A stretch of 64,000 nucleotides of DNA, from positions 3,805,924 to 3,869,923 of the forward strand of contig CM082597.2 of the NCBI GenBank assembly GCA_040954595.2, in the 5' to 3' direction. The stretch is from Balanoglossus misakiensis. Lineage: Eukaryota > Animalia > Hemichordata. The notes under the pieces are model-generated. The model was not told the DNA's origin. It ran no database searches and was given only the letters and a program-made list of their open reading frames with translations. Positions 1 through 23,367 of this stretch are shown in pieces. How positions within the stretch are numbered: the stretch's first letter is position 1; every line of letters starts with the position of its first letter. Position numbers and translations under genes: made by a program.

Positions 1-3000
1 GGTTTTTCGACAAAAACCATGATGGTTAACCCATGAAAAATGTCGAAAAAGGCCGAAAATCTCGAAATCCGGCAACTCGAAAATTCGTGGTTTTTCGACA
101 AAAACCATGATGGTTAACCCATGAAAAATGTTGAAAAAGGCCGAAAATCTCGAAATCCGGTAACTCGAAATTCGTGGTTTTTCGACAAAAACCATGATGG
201 TTAACCCATGAAAAATGTCGAAAAAGGCCGAAAATCTCGAAATCCGGCAACTCGAAAATTCGTGGTTTTTCGACAAAAACCATGATGGTTAACCCATGAA
301 AAATGTCGAAAAAGGCCGAAAATCTCGAAATCCGGCAACTCGAAAATTCGTGGTTTTTCGACAAAAACCATGATGGTTAACCCATGAAAAATATCGAAAA
401 AGGCCGAAAATCTCGAAATCCGGCAACTCGAAAATTCGTGGTTTTTCGACAAAAACCATGATGGTTAACCATGAAAAATGTCGAAAAAGGCCGAAAATCG
501 CGAAATCCGGCAACTCGAAAATTCGTGGTTTTTCGACAAAAACCATGATGGTTAACCCATGAAAAATGTCGAAAAAGGCCGAAAATCTCGAAATCCGGCA
601 ACTCGAAAATTCGTGGTTTTTCGACAAAACCATGATGGTTAACCCATGAAAAATGTCGAAAAAGGCCGAAAATCTCGAAATCCGGCAACTCGAAAATTCG
701 TGGTTTTTCGACAAAAACCATGATGGTTAACCCATGAAAAATGTCGAAAAAGGCCGAAAATCTCGAAATCCGGCAACTCGAAAATTCGTGGATTTTTCGA
801 CAAAAACCATGATGGTTAACCCATGAAAAATGTCGAAAAAGGCCGAAAATCTCGAAATCCGGCAACTCGAAAATTCGTGGTTTTTCGACAAAAACCATGA
901 TGGTTAACCCATGAAAAATGTCGAAAAAGGCCGAAAATCTCGAAATCCGGCAACTCGAAAATTTCGTGGTTTTTCGACAAAAACCATGATGGTTAACCCA
1001 TGAAAAATGTCGAAAAAGGCCGAAAATCTCGAAATCCGGCAACTCGAAAATTCGTGGTTTTTCGACAAAAACCATGATGGTTAACCCATGAAAAATGTCG
1101 AAAAAGGCCGAAAATCTCGAAATCCGGCAACTCGAAAATTCGTGGTTTTTCGACAAAAACCATGATGGTTAACCCATGAAAAATGTCGAAAAAGGCCGAA
1201 AATCTCGAAATCCGGCAACTCGAAAATTCGTGGTTTTCGACAAAAACCATGATGGTTAACCCATGAAAAATGTCGAAAAAGGCCGAAAATCTCGAAATCC
1301 GGCAACTCGAAAATTCGTGGTTTTTCGACAAAAACCATGATGGTTAACCCATGAAAAATGTCGAAAAAGGCCGAAAATCTCGAAATCCGGCAACTCGAAA
1401 ATTCGTGGTTTTTCGACAAAAACCATGATGGTTAACCCATGAAAAATGTCGAAAAAGGCCGAAAATCTCGAAATCCGGCAACTCGAAAATTCGTGGTTTT
1501 TCGACAAAAACCATGGATGGTTAACCCATGAAAAATGTCGAAAAAGGCCGAAAATCTCGAAATCCGGCAACTCGAAAATTCGTGGTTTTTCGACAAAAAC
1601 CATGATGGTTAACCCATGAAAAATGTCGAAAAAGGCCGAAAATCTCGAAATCCGGCAACTCGAAAATTCGTGGTTTTTCGACAAAAACCATGATGGTTAA
1701 CACATGAAAAATGTCGAAAAAGGCCGAAAATCTCGAAATCCGGCAACTCGAAAATTCGTGGTTTTTCGACAAAAACCATGATGGTTAACCCATGAAAAAT
1801 GTCGAAAAAGGCCGAAAATCTCGAAATCCGGCAACTCGAAAATTCGTGGTTTTTCGACAAAAACCATGATGGTTAACCCATGAAAAATGTCGAAAAAGGC
1901 CGAAAATCTCGAAATCCGGCAACTCGAAAATTCGTGGTTTTTCGACAAAAACCATGATGGTTAACCCATGAAAAATGTCGAAAAAGGCCGAAAATCTCGA
2001 AATCCGGCAACTCGAAAATTCGTGGTTTTTCGACAAAAACCATGATGGTTAACCCATGAAAAATGTCGAAAAAGGCCGAAAATCTCGAAATCCGGCAACT
2101 CGAAAATTCGTGATTTTTCGACAAAAACCATGATGGTTAACCCATGAAAAATGTCGAAAAAGGCCGAAAACCTCAAAATCCGGCAACTCGAAAATTCGTG
2201 GTTTTTCGACAAAAACCATGATGGTTAACCCATGAAAAATGTCGAAAAAGGCCGAAAATCTCGAAATCCGGCAACTCGAAAATTCGTGGTTTTTCGACAA
2301 AACCATGATGGTTAACCCATGAAAAATGTCGAAAAAGGCCGAAAATCTCGAAATCCGGCAACTCGAAAATTCGTGGTTTTTCGACAAAAACCATGATGGT
2401 TAACCCATGAAAAATGTCGAAAAAGGCCGAAAATCTCGAAATCCGGCAACTCGAAAATTCGTGGTTTTTCGACAAAAACCATGATGGTTAACCCATGAAA
2501 AATGTCGAAAAAGGCCGAAAATCTCGAAATCCGGCAACTCGAAAATTCGTGGTTTTTCGACAAAAACCATGATGGTTAACCCATGAAAAATGTCGAAAAA
2601 GGCCGAAAATCTCGAAATCCGGCAACTCGAAAATTCGTGGTTTTTCGACAAAAACCATGATGGTTAACCCATGAAAAATGTCGAAAAAGGCCGAAAATCT
2701 CGAAATCCGGCAACTCGAAAATTCGTGGTTTTTCGACAAAAACCATGATGGTTAACCCATGAAAAATGTCGAAAAAGGCCGAAAATCTCGAAATCCGGCA
2801 ACTCGAAAATTCGTGGTTTTTCGACAAAAACCATGATGGTTAACCCATGAAAAATGTCGAAAAGGCCGAAAATCTCGAAATCCGGCAACTCGAAAATTCG
2901 TGGTTTTTCGACAAAAACCATGATGGTTAACCCATGAAAAATGTCGAAAAAGGCCGAAAATCTCGAAATCCGGCAACTCGAAAATTCGTGGTTTTTCGAC

Positions 3001-6000
3001 AAAAACCATGATGGTTAACCCATGAAAAATGTCGAAAAAGGCCGAAAATCTCGAAATCCGGCAACTCGAAAATTCGTGGTTTTTCGACAAAACCATGATG
3101 GTTAACCCATGAAAAATGTCGAAAAAGGCCGAAAATCTCGAAATCCGGCAACTCGAAAATTCGTGGTTTTTCGACAAAAACCATGATGGTTAACCCATGA
3201 AAAATGTCGAAAAAGGCCGAAAATCTCGAAATCCGGCAACTCGAAAATTCGTGGTTTTTCGACAAAACCATGATGGTTAACCCATGAAAAATGTCGAAAA
3301 AGGCCGAAAATCTCGAAATCCGGCAACTCGAAAATTCGTGGTTTTTCGACAAAAACCATGATGGTTAACCCATGAAAAATGTCGAAAAAGGCCGAAAATC
3401 TCGAAATCCGGCAACTCGAAAATTCGTGGTTTTTCGACAAAAACCATGATGGTTAACCCATGAAAAATGTCGAAAAAGGCCGAAAATCTCGAAATCCGGC
3501 AACTCGAAAATTCGTGGTTTTTCGACAAAAACCATGATGGTTAACCCATGAAAAATGTCGAAAAAGGCCGAAAATCTCGAAATCCGGCAACTCGAAAATT
3601 CGTGGTTTTTCGACAAAAACCATGATGGTTAACCCATGAAAAATGTTGAAAAAGGCCGAAAATCTCGAAATCCGGCAACTCGAAAATTCGTGGTTTTTCG
3701 ACAAAAACCATGATGGTTAACCCATGAAAAATGTCGAAAAAGGCCGAAAATCTCGAAATCCGGCAACTCGAAAATTCGTGGTTTTCGACAAAAACCATGA
3801 TGGTTAACCCATGAAAAATGTCGAAAAAGGCCGAAAATCTCGAAATCCGGCAACTCGAAAATTCGTGGTTTTTCGACAAAAACCATGATGGTTAACCCAT
3901 GAAAAATGTCGAAAAAGGCCGAAAATCTCGAAATCCGGCAACTCGAAAATTCGTGGTTTTTCGACAAAAACCATGATGGTTAACCCATGAAAAATGTCGA
4001 AAAAGGCCGAAAATCTCGAAATCCGGCAACTCGAAAATTCGTGGTTTTTCGACAAAAACCATGATGGTTAACCCATGAAAAATGTCGAAAAAGGCCGAAA
4101 ATCTCGAATCCGGCAACTCGAAAATTCGTGGTTTTTCGACAAAAACCATGATGGTTAACCCATGAAAAATGTCGAAAAAGGCCGAAAATCTCGAAATCCG
4201 GCAACTCGAAAATTCGTGGTTTTTCGACAAAAACCATGATGGTTAACCCATGAAAAATGTCGAAAAAGGCCGAAAATCTCGAAATCCGGCAACTCGAAAA
4301 TTCGTGGTTTTTCGACAAAAACCATGATGGTTAACCCATGAAAAATGTCGAAAAAGGCCGAAAATCTCGAAATCCGGCAACTCGAAAATTCGTGGTTTTT
4401 CGACAAAAACCATGATGGTTAACCCATGAAAAATGTCGAAAAAGGCCGAAAATCTCGAAATCCGGCAACTCGAAAATTCGTGGTTTTTCGACAAAAACCA
4501 TGATGGTTAACCCATGAAAAATGTCGAAAAAGGCCGAAAATCTCGAAATCCGGCAACTCGAAAATTCGTGGTTTTTCGACAAAAACCATGATGGTTAACC
4601 CATGAAAAATGTCGAAAAAGGCCGAAAATCTCGAAATCCGGCAACTCGAAAATTCGTGGTTTTTCGACAAAAACCATGATGGTTAACCCATGAAAAATGT
4701 CGAAAAAAGGCCGAAAATCTCGAAATCCGGCAACTCGAAAATTCGTGGTTTTTCGACAAAAACCATGATGGTTAACCCATGAAAAATGTCGAAAAAGGCC
4801 GAAAATCTCGAAATCCGGCAACTCGAAAATTCGTGGTTTTTCGACAAAAAACCATGATGGTTAACCCATGAAAAATGTCGAAAAAGGCCGAAAATCTCGA
4901 AATCCGGCAACTCGAAAATTCGTGGTTTTTCGACAAAAACCATGATGGTTAACCCATGAAAAATGTCGAAAAAGGCCGAAAATCTCGAAATCCGGCAACT
5001 CGAAAATTCGTGGTTTTTCGACAAAAACCATGATGGTTAACCCATGAAAAATGTTGAAAAAGGCCGAAAATCTCGAAATCCGGCAACTCGAAAATTCGTG
5101 GTTTTTCGACAAAAACCATGATGGTTAACCCATGAAAATGTCGAAAAAGGCCGAAAATCTCGAAATCCGGCAACTCGAAAATTCGTGGTTTTTCGACAAA
5201 AACCATGATGGTTAACCCATGAAAAATGTCGAAAAAGGCCGAAAATCTCGAAATCCGGCAACTCGAAAATTCGTGGTTTTTCGACAAAAACCATGATGGT
5301 TAACCCATGAAAAATGTCGAAAACGGCCGAAAATCTCGAAATCCGGCAACTCGAAAATTCGTGGTTTTTCGACAAAAACCATGATGGTTAACCCATGAAA
5401 AATGTCGAAAAAGGCCGAAAATCTCGAAATCCGGCAACTCGAAAATTCGTGGTTTTTCGACAAAAACCATGATGGTTAACCCATGAAAAATGTCGAAAAA
5501 GGCCGAAAATCTCGAAATCCGGCAACTCGAAAATTCGTGGTTTTTCGACAAAAACAATGGTGGTTAACCCATGAAAAATGTCGAAAAAGGCCGAAAATCT
5601 CGAAATCCGGCAACTCGAAAATTCGTGGTTTTTCGACAAAAACCATGATGGTTAACCCATGAAAAATGTCGAAAAAGGCCGAAAATCTCGAAATCCGGCA
5701 ACTCGAAAATTCGTGGTTTTTCGACAAAAACCATGATGGTTAACCCATGAAAAATGTCGAAAAAGGCCGAAAATCTCGAAATCCGGCAACTCGAAAATTC
5801 GTGGTTTTTCGACAAAAACCATGATGGTTAACCCATGAAAAATGTCGAAAAAGGCCGAAAATCTCGAAATCCGGCAACTCGAAAATTCGTGGTTTTTCGA
5901 CAAAAACCATGATGGTTAACCCATGAAAAATGTCGAAAAAGGCCGAAAATCTCGAAATCCGGCAACTCGAAATTCGTGGTTTTTCGACAAAAACAATGGT

Positions 6001-9000
6001 GGTTAACCCATGAAAAATGTCGAAAAAGGCCGAAAATCTCGAAATCCGGCAACTCGAAAATTCGTGGTTTTTCGACAAAAACCATGGTGGTTAACCCATG
6101 AAAAATGTCGAAAAAGGCCGAAAATCTCGAAATCCGGCAACTCGAAAATTCGTGGTTTTTCGACAAAACCATGGTGGTTAACCCATGAAAAATGTCGAAA
6201 AAGGCCGAAAATCTCGAAATCCGGCAACTCGAAAATTCGTGGTTTTTCGACAAAAACCATGATGGTTAACCCATGAAAAATGTCGAAAAAGGCCGAAAAT
6301 CTCGAAATCCGGCAACTCGAAAATTCGTGGTTTTTCGACAAAAACCATGATGGTTAACCCATGAAAAATGTCGAAAAAGGCCGAAAATCTCGAAATCCGG
6401 CAACTCGAAAATTCGTGGTTTTTCGACAAAAACCATGATGGTTAACCCATGAAAAATGTCGAAAAAGGCCGAAAATCTCGAAATCCGGCAACTCGAAAAT
6501 TCGTGGTTTTTCGACAAAAACCATGATGGTTAACCCATGAAAAATGTCGAAAAAGGCCGAAAATCTCGAAATCCGGCAACTCGAAAATTCGTGGTTTTTC
6601 GACAAAAACCATGATGGTTAACCCATGAAAAATGTCGAAAAAGGCCGAAAATCTCGAAATCCGGCAACTCGAAAATTCGTGGTTTTTCGACAAAAACCAT
6701 GATGGTTAACCCATGAAAAATGTCGAAAAAGGCCGAAAATCTCGAAATCCGGCAACTCGAAAATTCGTGGTTTTTCGACAAAAACCATGATGGTTAACCC
6801 ATGAAAAATGTCGAAAAAGGCCGAAAATCTCGAAATCCGGCAACTCGAAAATTCGTGGTTTTTCGACAAAAACAATGGTGGTTAACCCATGAAAAATGTC
6901 GAAAAAGGCCGAAAATCTCGAAATCCGGCAACTCGAAAATTCGTGGTTTTTCGACAAAAACCATGGTGGTTAACCCATGAAAAATGTCGAAAAAGGCCGA
7001 AAATCTCGAAATCCGGCAACTCGAAAATTCGTGGTTTTTCGACAAAACCATGATGGTTAACCCATGAAAAATGTCGAAAAAGGCCGAAAATCTCGAAATC
7101 CGGCAACTCGAAAATTCGTGGTTTTTCGACAAAAACCATGATGGTTAACCCATGAAAAATGTCGAAAAAGGCCGAAAATCTCGAAATCCGGCAACTCGAA
7201 AATTCGTGGTTTTTCGACAAAAACCATGATGGTTAACCCATGAAAAATGTCGAAAAAGGCCGAAAATCTCGAAATCCGGCAACTCGAAATTCGTGGTTTT
7301 TCGACAAAAACCATGATGGTTACCCATGAAAAATGTCGAAAAGGCCGAAAATCTCGAAATCCGGCAACTCGAAAATTCGTGGTTTTTCGACAAAAACATG
7401 ATGGTTAACCCATGAAAAATGTCGAAAAAGGCCGAAAATCTCGAAATCCGGCAACTCGAAAATTCGTGGTTTTTCGACAAAAACCATGATGGTTAACCCA
7501 TGAAAAATGTCGAAAAAGGTCGAAAATCTCGAATCAGGCAACTCGAAAAATTCGTGGTTTTTCGACAAAAACCATGGTGGTTAACCCATGAAAAATGTCG
7601 AAAAAGGCCGAAAATCTCGAAATCCGGCAACTCGAAAATTCGTGGTTTTTCGACAAAAACCATGATGGTTAACCCATGAAAAATGTCGAAAAAGGCCGAA
7701 AATCTCGAAATCCGGCAACTCGAAAATTCGTGGTTTTTCGACAAAAACCATGATGGTTAACCCATGAAAAATGTCGAAAAAGGCCGAAAATCTCGAAATC
7801 CGGCAACTCGAAAATTCGTGGTTTTTCGACAAAAACCATGGTGGTTAACCCATGAAAAATGTCGAAAAAGGCCGAAAATCTCGAAATCCGGAAACTCGAA
7901 AATTCGTGGTTTTTCGACAAAAACCATGGTGGTTAACCCATGAAAAATGTCGAAAAAGGCCGAAAATCTCGAAATCCGGCAACTCGAAAATTCGTGGTTT
8001 TTCGACAAAACCATGATGGTTAACCCATGAAAAAAGTCGAAAAAGGCCGAAAATCTCGAAATCCGGCAACTCGAAAATTCGTGGTTTTTCGACAAAAACC
8101 ATGATGGTTAACCCATGAAAAATGTCGAAAAAGGCCGAAAATCTCGAAATCCGGCAACTCGAAAATTCGTGGTTTTTCGACAAAAACCATGATGGTTAAC
8201 CCATGAAAAATGTCGAAAAAGGCCGAAAATCTCGAAATCCGGCAACTCGAAAATTCGTGGTTTTTCGACAAAAACCATGATGGTTAACCCATGAAAAATG
8301 TCGAAAAAGGCCGAAAATCTCGAAATCCGGCAACTCGAAAATTCGTGGTTTTCGACAAAAACAATGGTGGTTAACCCATGAAAAATGTCGAAAAAAGGCC
8401 GAAAATCTCGAAATCCGGCAACTCGAAAATTCGTGGTTTTTCGACAAAAACCATGGTGGTTAACCCATGAAAAATGTCGAAAAAGGCCGAAAATCTCGAA
8501 ATCCGGCAACTCGAAAATTCGTGGTTTTTCGACAAAACCATGATGGTTAACCCATGAAAAAATCGAAAAAGGCCGAAAATCTCGAATCCGGCAACTCGAA
8601 AATTCGTGGTTTTTCGACAAAAACCATGATGGTTAACCCATGAAAAATGTCGAAAAAGGCCGAAAATCTCGAAATCCGGCAACTCGAAAATTCGTGGTTT
8701 TTCGACAAAAACCATGATGGTTAACCCCATGAAAAATGTCGAAAAAGGCCGAAAATCTCGAAATCCGGCAACTCGAAAATTCGTGGTTTTTCGACAAAAA
8801 CCATGATGGTTAACCCATGAAAAATGTCGAAAAAGGCCGAAAATCTCGAAATCCGGCAACTCGAAAATTCGTGGTTTTTCGACAAAAACCATGATGGTTA
8901 ACCCATGAAAAATGTCGAAAAAGGCCGAAAATCTCGAAATCCGGCAACTCGAAAATTCGTGGTTTTCGACAAAAACCATGATGGTTAACCCATGAAAAAT

Positions 9001-11839
9001 GTCGAAAAAGGCCGAAAATCTCGAAATCCGGCAACTCGAAAATTCGTGGTTTTTCGACAAAAACCATGATGGTTAACCCATGAAAAATGTCGAAAAAGGC
9101 CGAAAATCTCGAAATCCGGCAACTCGAAAATTCGTGGTTTTTCGACAAAAACCATGGTGGTTAACCCATGAAAAATGTCGAAAAAGGCCGAAAATCTCGA
9201 AATCCGGCAACTCGAAAATTTCGTGGTTTTTCGACAAAAACCATGGTGGTTAACCCATGAAAAATGTCGAAAAGGCCGAAAATCTCGAAATCCGGCAACT
9301 CGAAAATTCGTGGTTTTTCGACAAAAACCATGGTGGTTAACCCATGAAAAATGTCGAAAAAGGCCGAAAATCTCGAAATCCGGCAACTCGAAAATTCGTG
9401 GTTTTTCGACAAAAACCATGGTGGTTAACCCATGAAAAATGTCGAAAAAGGCCGAAAATCTCGAAATCCGGCAACTCGAAAATTCGTGGTTTTTCGACAA
9501 AAACCATGGTGGTTAACCCATGAAAAATGTCGAAAAAGGCCGAAAATCTCGAAATCCGGCAACTCGAAAATTCGTGGTTTTTCGACAAAAACCATGGTGG
9601 TTAACCCATGAAAAATGTCGAAAAAGGCCGAAAATCTCGAAATCCGGCAACTCGAAAATTCGTGGTTTTTCGACAAAAACCATGGTGGTTAACCCATGAA
9701 AAATGTCGAAAAAGGCCGAAAATCTCGAAATCCGGCAACTCGAAAATTCGTGGTTTTTCGACAAAAACCATGGTGGTTAACCCATGAAAAATGTCGAAAA
9801 AGGCCGAAAATCTCGAAATCCGGCAACTCGAAAATTCGTGGTTTTTCGACAAAAACCATGGTGGTTAACCCATGAAAAATGTCGAAAAAGGCCGAAAATC
9901 TCGAAATCCGGCAACTCGAAAATTCGTGGTTTTTCGACAAAAACCATGGTGGTTAACCCATGAAAAATGTCGAAAAAGGCCGAAAATCTCGAAATCCGGC
10001 AACTCGAAAATTCGTGGTTTTTCGACAAAAACCATGGTGGTTAACCCATGAAAAATGTCGAAAAAGGCCGAAAATCTCGAAATCCGGCAACTCGAAAATT
10101 CGTGGTTTTTCGACAAAAACCATGGTGGTTAACCCATGAAAAATGTCGAAAAAGGCCGAAAATCTCGAAATCCGGCAACTCGAAAATTCGTGGTTTTTCG
10201 ACAAAAACCATGGTGGTTAACCCATGAAAAATGTCGAAAAAGGCCGAAAATCTCGAAATCCGGCAACTCGAAAATTCGTGGTTTTTCGACAAAAACCATG
10301 GTGGTTAACCCATGAAAAATGTCGAAAAAGGCCGAAAATCTCGAAATCCGGCAACTCGAAAATTCGTGGTTTTTCGACAAAAACCATGGTGGTTAACCCA
10401 TGAAAAATGTCGAAAAAGGCCGAAAATCTCGAAATCCGGCAACTCGAAAATTCGTGGTTTTTCGACAAAAACCATGGTGGTTAACCCATGAAAAATGTCG
10501 AAAAAGGCCGAAAATCTCGAAATCCGGCAACTCGAAAATTCGTGGTTTTTCGACAAAAACCATGGTGGTTAACCCATGAAAAATGTTGAAAAAGGCCGAA
10601 AATCTCGAAATCCGGCAACTCGAAAATTCGTGGTTTTTCGACAAAAACCATGATGGTTAACCCATGAAAAATGTTGAAAAAGGCCGAAAATCTCGAAATC
10701 CGGCAACTCGAAAATTCGTGGTTTTTCGACAAAAACCATGATGGTTAACCCATGAAAAATGTTGAAAAAGGCCGAAAATCTCGAAATCCGGCAACTCGAA
10801 AATTCGTGGTTTTTCGACAAAAACCATGATGGTTAACCCATGAAAAATGTTGAAAAAGGCCGAAAATCTCGAAATCCGGCAACTCGAAAATTCGTGGTTT
10901 TTCGACAAAAACCATGATGGTTAACCCATGAAAAATGTCGAAAAAGGCCGAAAATCTCGAAATCCGGCAACTCGAAAATTCGTGGTTTTTCGACAAAAAC
11001 CATGATGGTTAACCCATGAAAAATGTCGAAAAAGGCCGAAAATCTCGAAATCCGGCAACTCGAAAATTCGTGGTTTTTCGACAAAAACCATGATGGTTAA
11101 CCCATGAAAAATGTCGAAAAAGGCCGAAAATCTCGAAATCCGGCAACTCGAAAATTCGTGGTTTTTCGACAAAAACCATGATGGTTAACCCATGAAAAAT
11201 GTCGAAAAAGGCCGAAAATCTCGAAATCCGGCAACTCGAAAATTCGTGGTTTTTCGACAAAAACCATGATGGTTAACCCATGAAAAATGTCGAAAAAGGC
11301 CGAAAATCTCGAAATCCGGCAACTCGAAAATTCGTGGTTTTTCGACAAAAACCATGATGGTTAACCCATGAAAAATGTCGAAAAAGGCCGAAAATCTCGA
11401 AATCCGGCAACTCGAAAATTCGTGGTTTTTCGACAAAAACCATGATGGTTAACCCATGAAAAATGTCGAAAAAGGCCGAAAATCTCGAAATCCGGCAACT
11501 CGAAAATTCGTGGTTTTTCGACAAAAACCATGATGGTTAACCCATGAAAAATGTCGAAAAAGGCCGAAAATCTCGAAATCCGGCAACTCGAAAATTCGTG
11601 GTTTTTCGACAAAAACCATGATGGTTAACCCATGAAAAATGTCGAAAAAGGCCGAAAATCTCGAAATCCGGCAACTCGAAAATTCGTGGTTTTTCGACAA
11701 AAACCATGATGGTTAACCCATGAAAAATGTCGAAAAAGGCCGAAAATCTCGAAATCCGGCAACTCGAAAATTCGTGGTTTTTCGACAAAAACCATGATGG
11801 TTAACCCATGAAAAATGTTGAAAAAGGCCGAAAATCTCG
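1..11839 (+). repeat. 88-bp tandem satellite array (~134 units), runs off the window start
   Basis: Unit GGTTTTTCGACAAAAACCATGATGGTTAACCCATGAAAAATGTCGAAAAAGGCCGAAAATCTCGAAATCCGGCAACTCGAAAATTCGT repeats head-to-tail with rare substitutions and 1-bp indels. It ends abruptly mid-unit at ...GGCCGAAAATCTCG (11839). Confidence 0.99.
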
Positions 11840-12338
11840 CATTTTTGGACATTTTTCATGGGTTATACATCATGACTTTTTCAAAAAATGACAAATTTTC
11901 GATTTGGCGAATATTGATTTTTCGGGCATTTTTGAACATTTTTCATGGGTTATACATCATGATTTTTTTCAAAATATGACAAATTTTCGATTTGGCGAAT
12001 ATTGATTTTTTGGGCCTTTTTGAACATTTTTCATGGGTTATACATCATGATTTTTCTCGAAAAATGGCCGATTTTCGATTTGCCGAGTTTTGATTTTTCG
12101 GGCCTTTTTGAACATTTTGCATGGGTTATACATCATGATTTTTGTCGAAAAATGACCGATTTTTGATTTGCCGAGTTTTGATTTTTCGGGCCTTTTTGAA
12201 CATTTTTCATGGGTTATACATCATGATTTTTTTCAAAAAATGACCATATATTTTCGACTTTCTCAATTTGGAGATTTTGGGCCTTTTTGTTCATTTTTCA
12301 TGGGTTATACATAATGATTTTTTTCAAAAAATGACCAT
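11840..12338 (-). repeat. ~6 diverged copies of the same 88-bp satellite in inverted orientation
   Basis: CATGGGTT recurs at 11857, 11944, 12032, 12120, 12208 and 12299 (period 87-91). The sequence aligns to the reverse complement of the main unit (TTTTCGGCCTTTTTCGACATTTTTCATGGGTTAACCATCATGGTTTTTGTCGAAAA). Confidence 0.93.
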
Positions 12339-12491
12339 TAATCTTAGGGGTATTTGATGTAATTTTATTTGTAATGGCAAGGTAAAAGTTACATAAAAAC
12401 AGTTTAGCATGAAAACTGTGGGTCTATAGTTAACTCTATATCAGTCCTGGTGTAATGTGCGTCAAGTGTATCAATAAAAAAGCTTTAAAAT

Positions 12492-12510
12492 TCGCCACTA
12501 GATGGCGCTG
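12492..12510 (+). promoter_or_regulatory. CTCF-like binding motif (TCGCCACTAGATGGCGCTG)
   Basis: Close match to the CTCF core consensus CCACYAGRKGGCRC, ~155 bp from the end of the satellite. Binding is not shown. Confidence 0.45.
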
Positions 12511-13423
12511 TGCACCACTTAACCCTGTTATTACAATAGAAATATATATCGGTGTATTTTGCAAAAAAAAGTGACTATCTTTGGTATCTAAACATACATT
12601 TGATATTCAATCACATCGCATATTTTTGCATTTAAGATTTTCCCCTTTCTGGATATTCCTTTCATATAAAGACCATGATTGCATAGAACGAAGTGATCAA
12701 ATGGAGAACGCCCACTCAGATGGAGGAATGGTTCTTGATGGGAACACCCCTGCACTCCTATCAAAGTGGACTGCTCCATTTATTTCTGCAATGAAAGCCT
12801 TCGTGAGAAAAAATGGAGACATGATTGACAAATAAAAAATTCACTACGCAAACATTTCAACAGAGTTTCAACATTATTTTGTGGTAGCATTTTTGTAAAT
12901 AGTCCCACTTTTTATCACATTAATTGCCTTCGTTTTCATCTAAATAATTTAGTGCTGGCTAGTTTAACTTTAAATATAACAAATATTCCTCTACCACAAG
13001 ATATATAAGTATTCACTTTAGGATGTAAGTACTAACCTCCCCACAAGTGCCCTAACAAAGCAACCTTCCCCTCCCTTCAACCACTTAATTTGGTCCGGCA
13101 CAATCATTTACATATATAGATGGGCCATTCTATATTGAAATAAGGGGGTAAAATTTTGATTACTGCGGAAATATTTTAGATTTTATACTGGCTTTCTAAA
13201 AAATAATCATCAGAAAAACGCTGTAGCACCAAAGTTATCAGAGCCTGACCTACTAAGCCATAGGGTCATAGGTCAAAGTTACATGTGCAAGGTCAAGGGT
13301 TATCACGAATACTGCCCTCACATGCTTAAACATAACAGATTTTACGAAATACATAAAAAATGACAATACAAAATTTAAAAGTTGAAAAGTATGAATGGTG
13401 ATATTTCACAGATGAGAAAAGAA

Positions 13424-23367
<9,944 letters not shown>

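Noticed and set aside
50-68. CENP-B-box-like spacing on the minus strand of each unit (TTCG-AGATTTT-CGGC)
   Set aside because: Only 7 of the 9 essential positions of TTCGnnnnAnnCGGG match; this is too weak to call without binding data.
1-11839. CRISPR array (palindromic repeats at regular spacing)
   Set aside because: There are no unique spacers, the whole 88-bp unit is repeated, no cas genes are present and the context is eukaryotic.
1-11852. More than 100 overlapping ORFs (MSKNHEFSSCRISRF...)
   Set aside because: These are translation artefacts of an 88-bp (non-multiple-of-3) satellite with one stop per unit on the minus strand; there is no coding signature.
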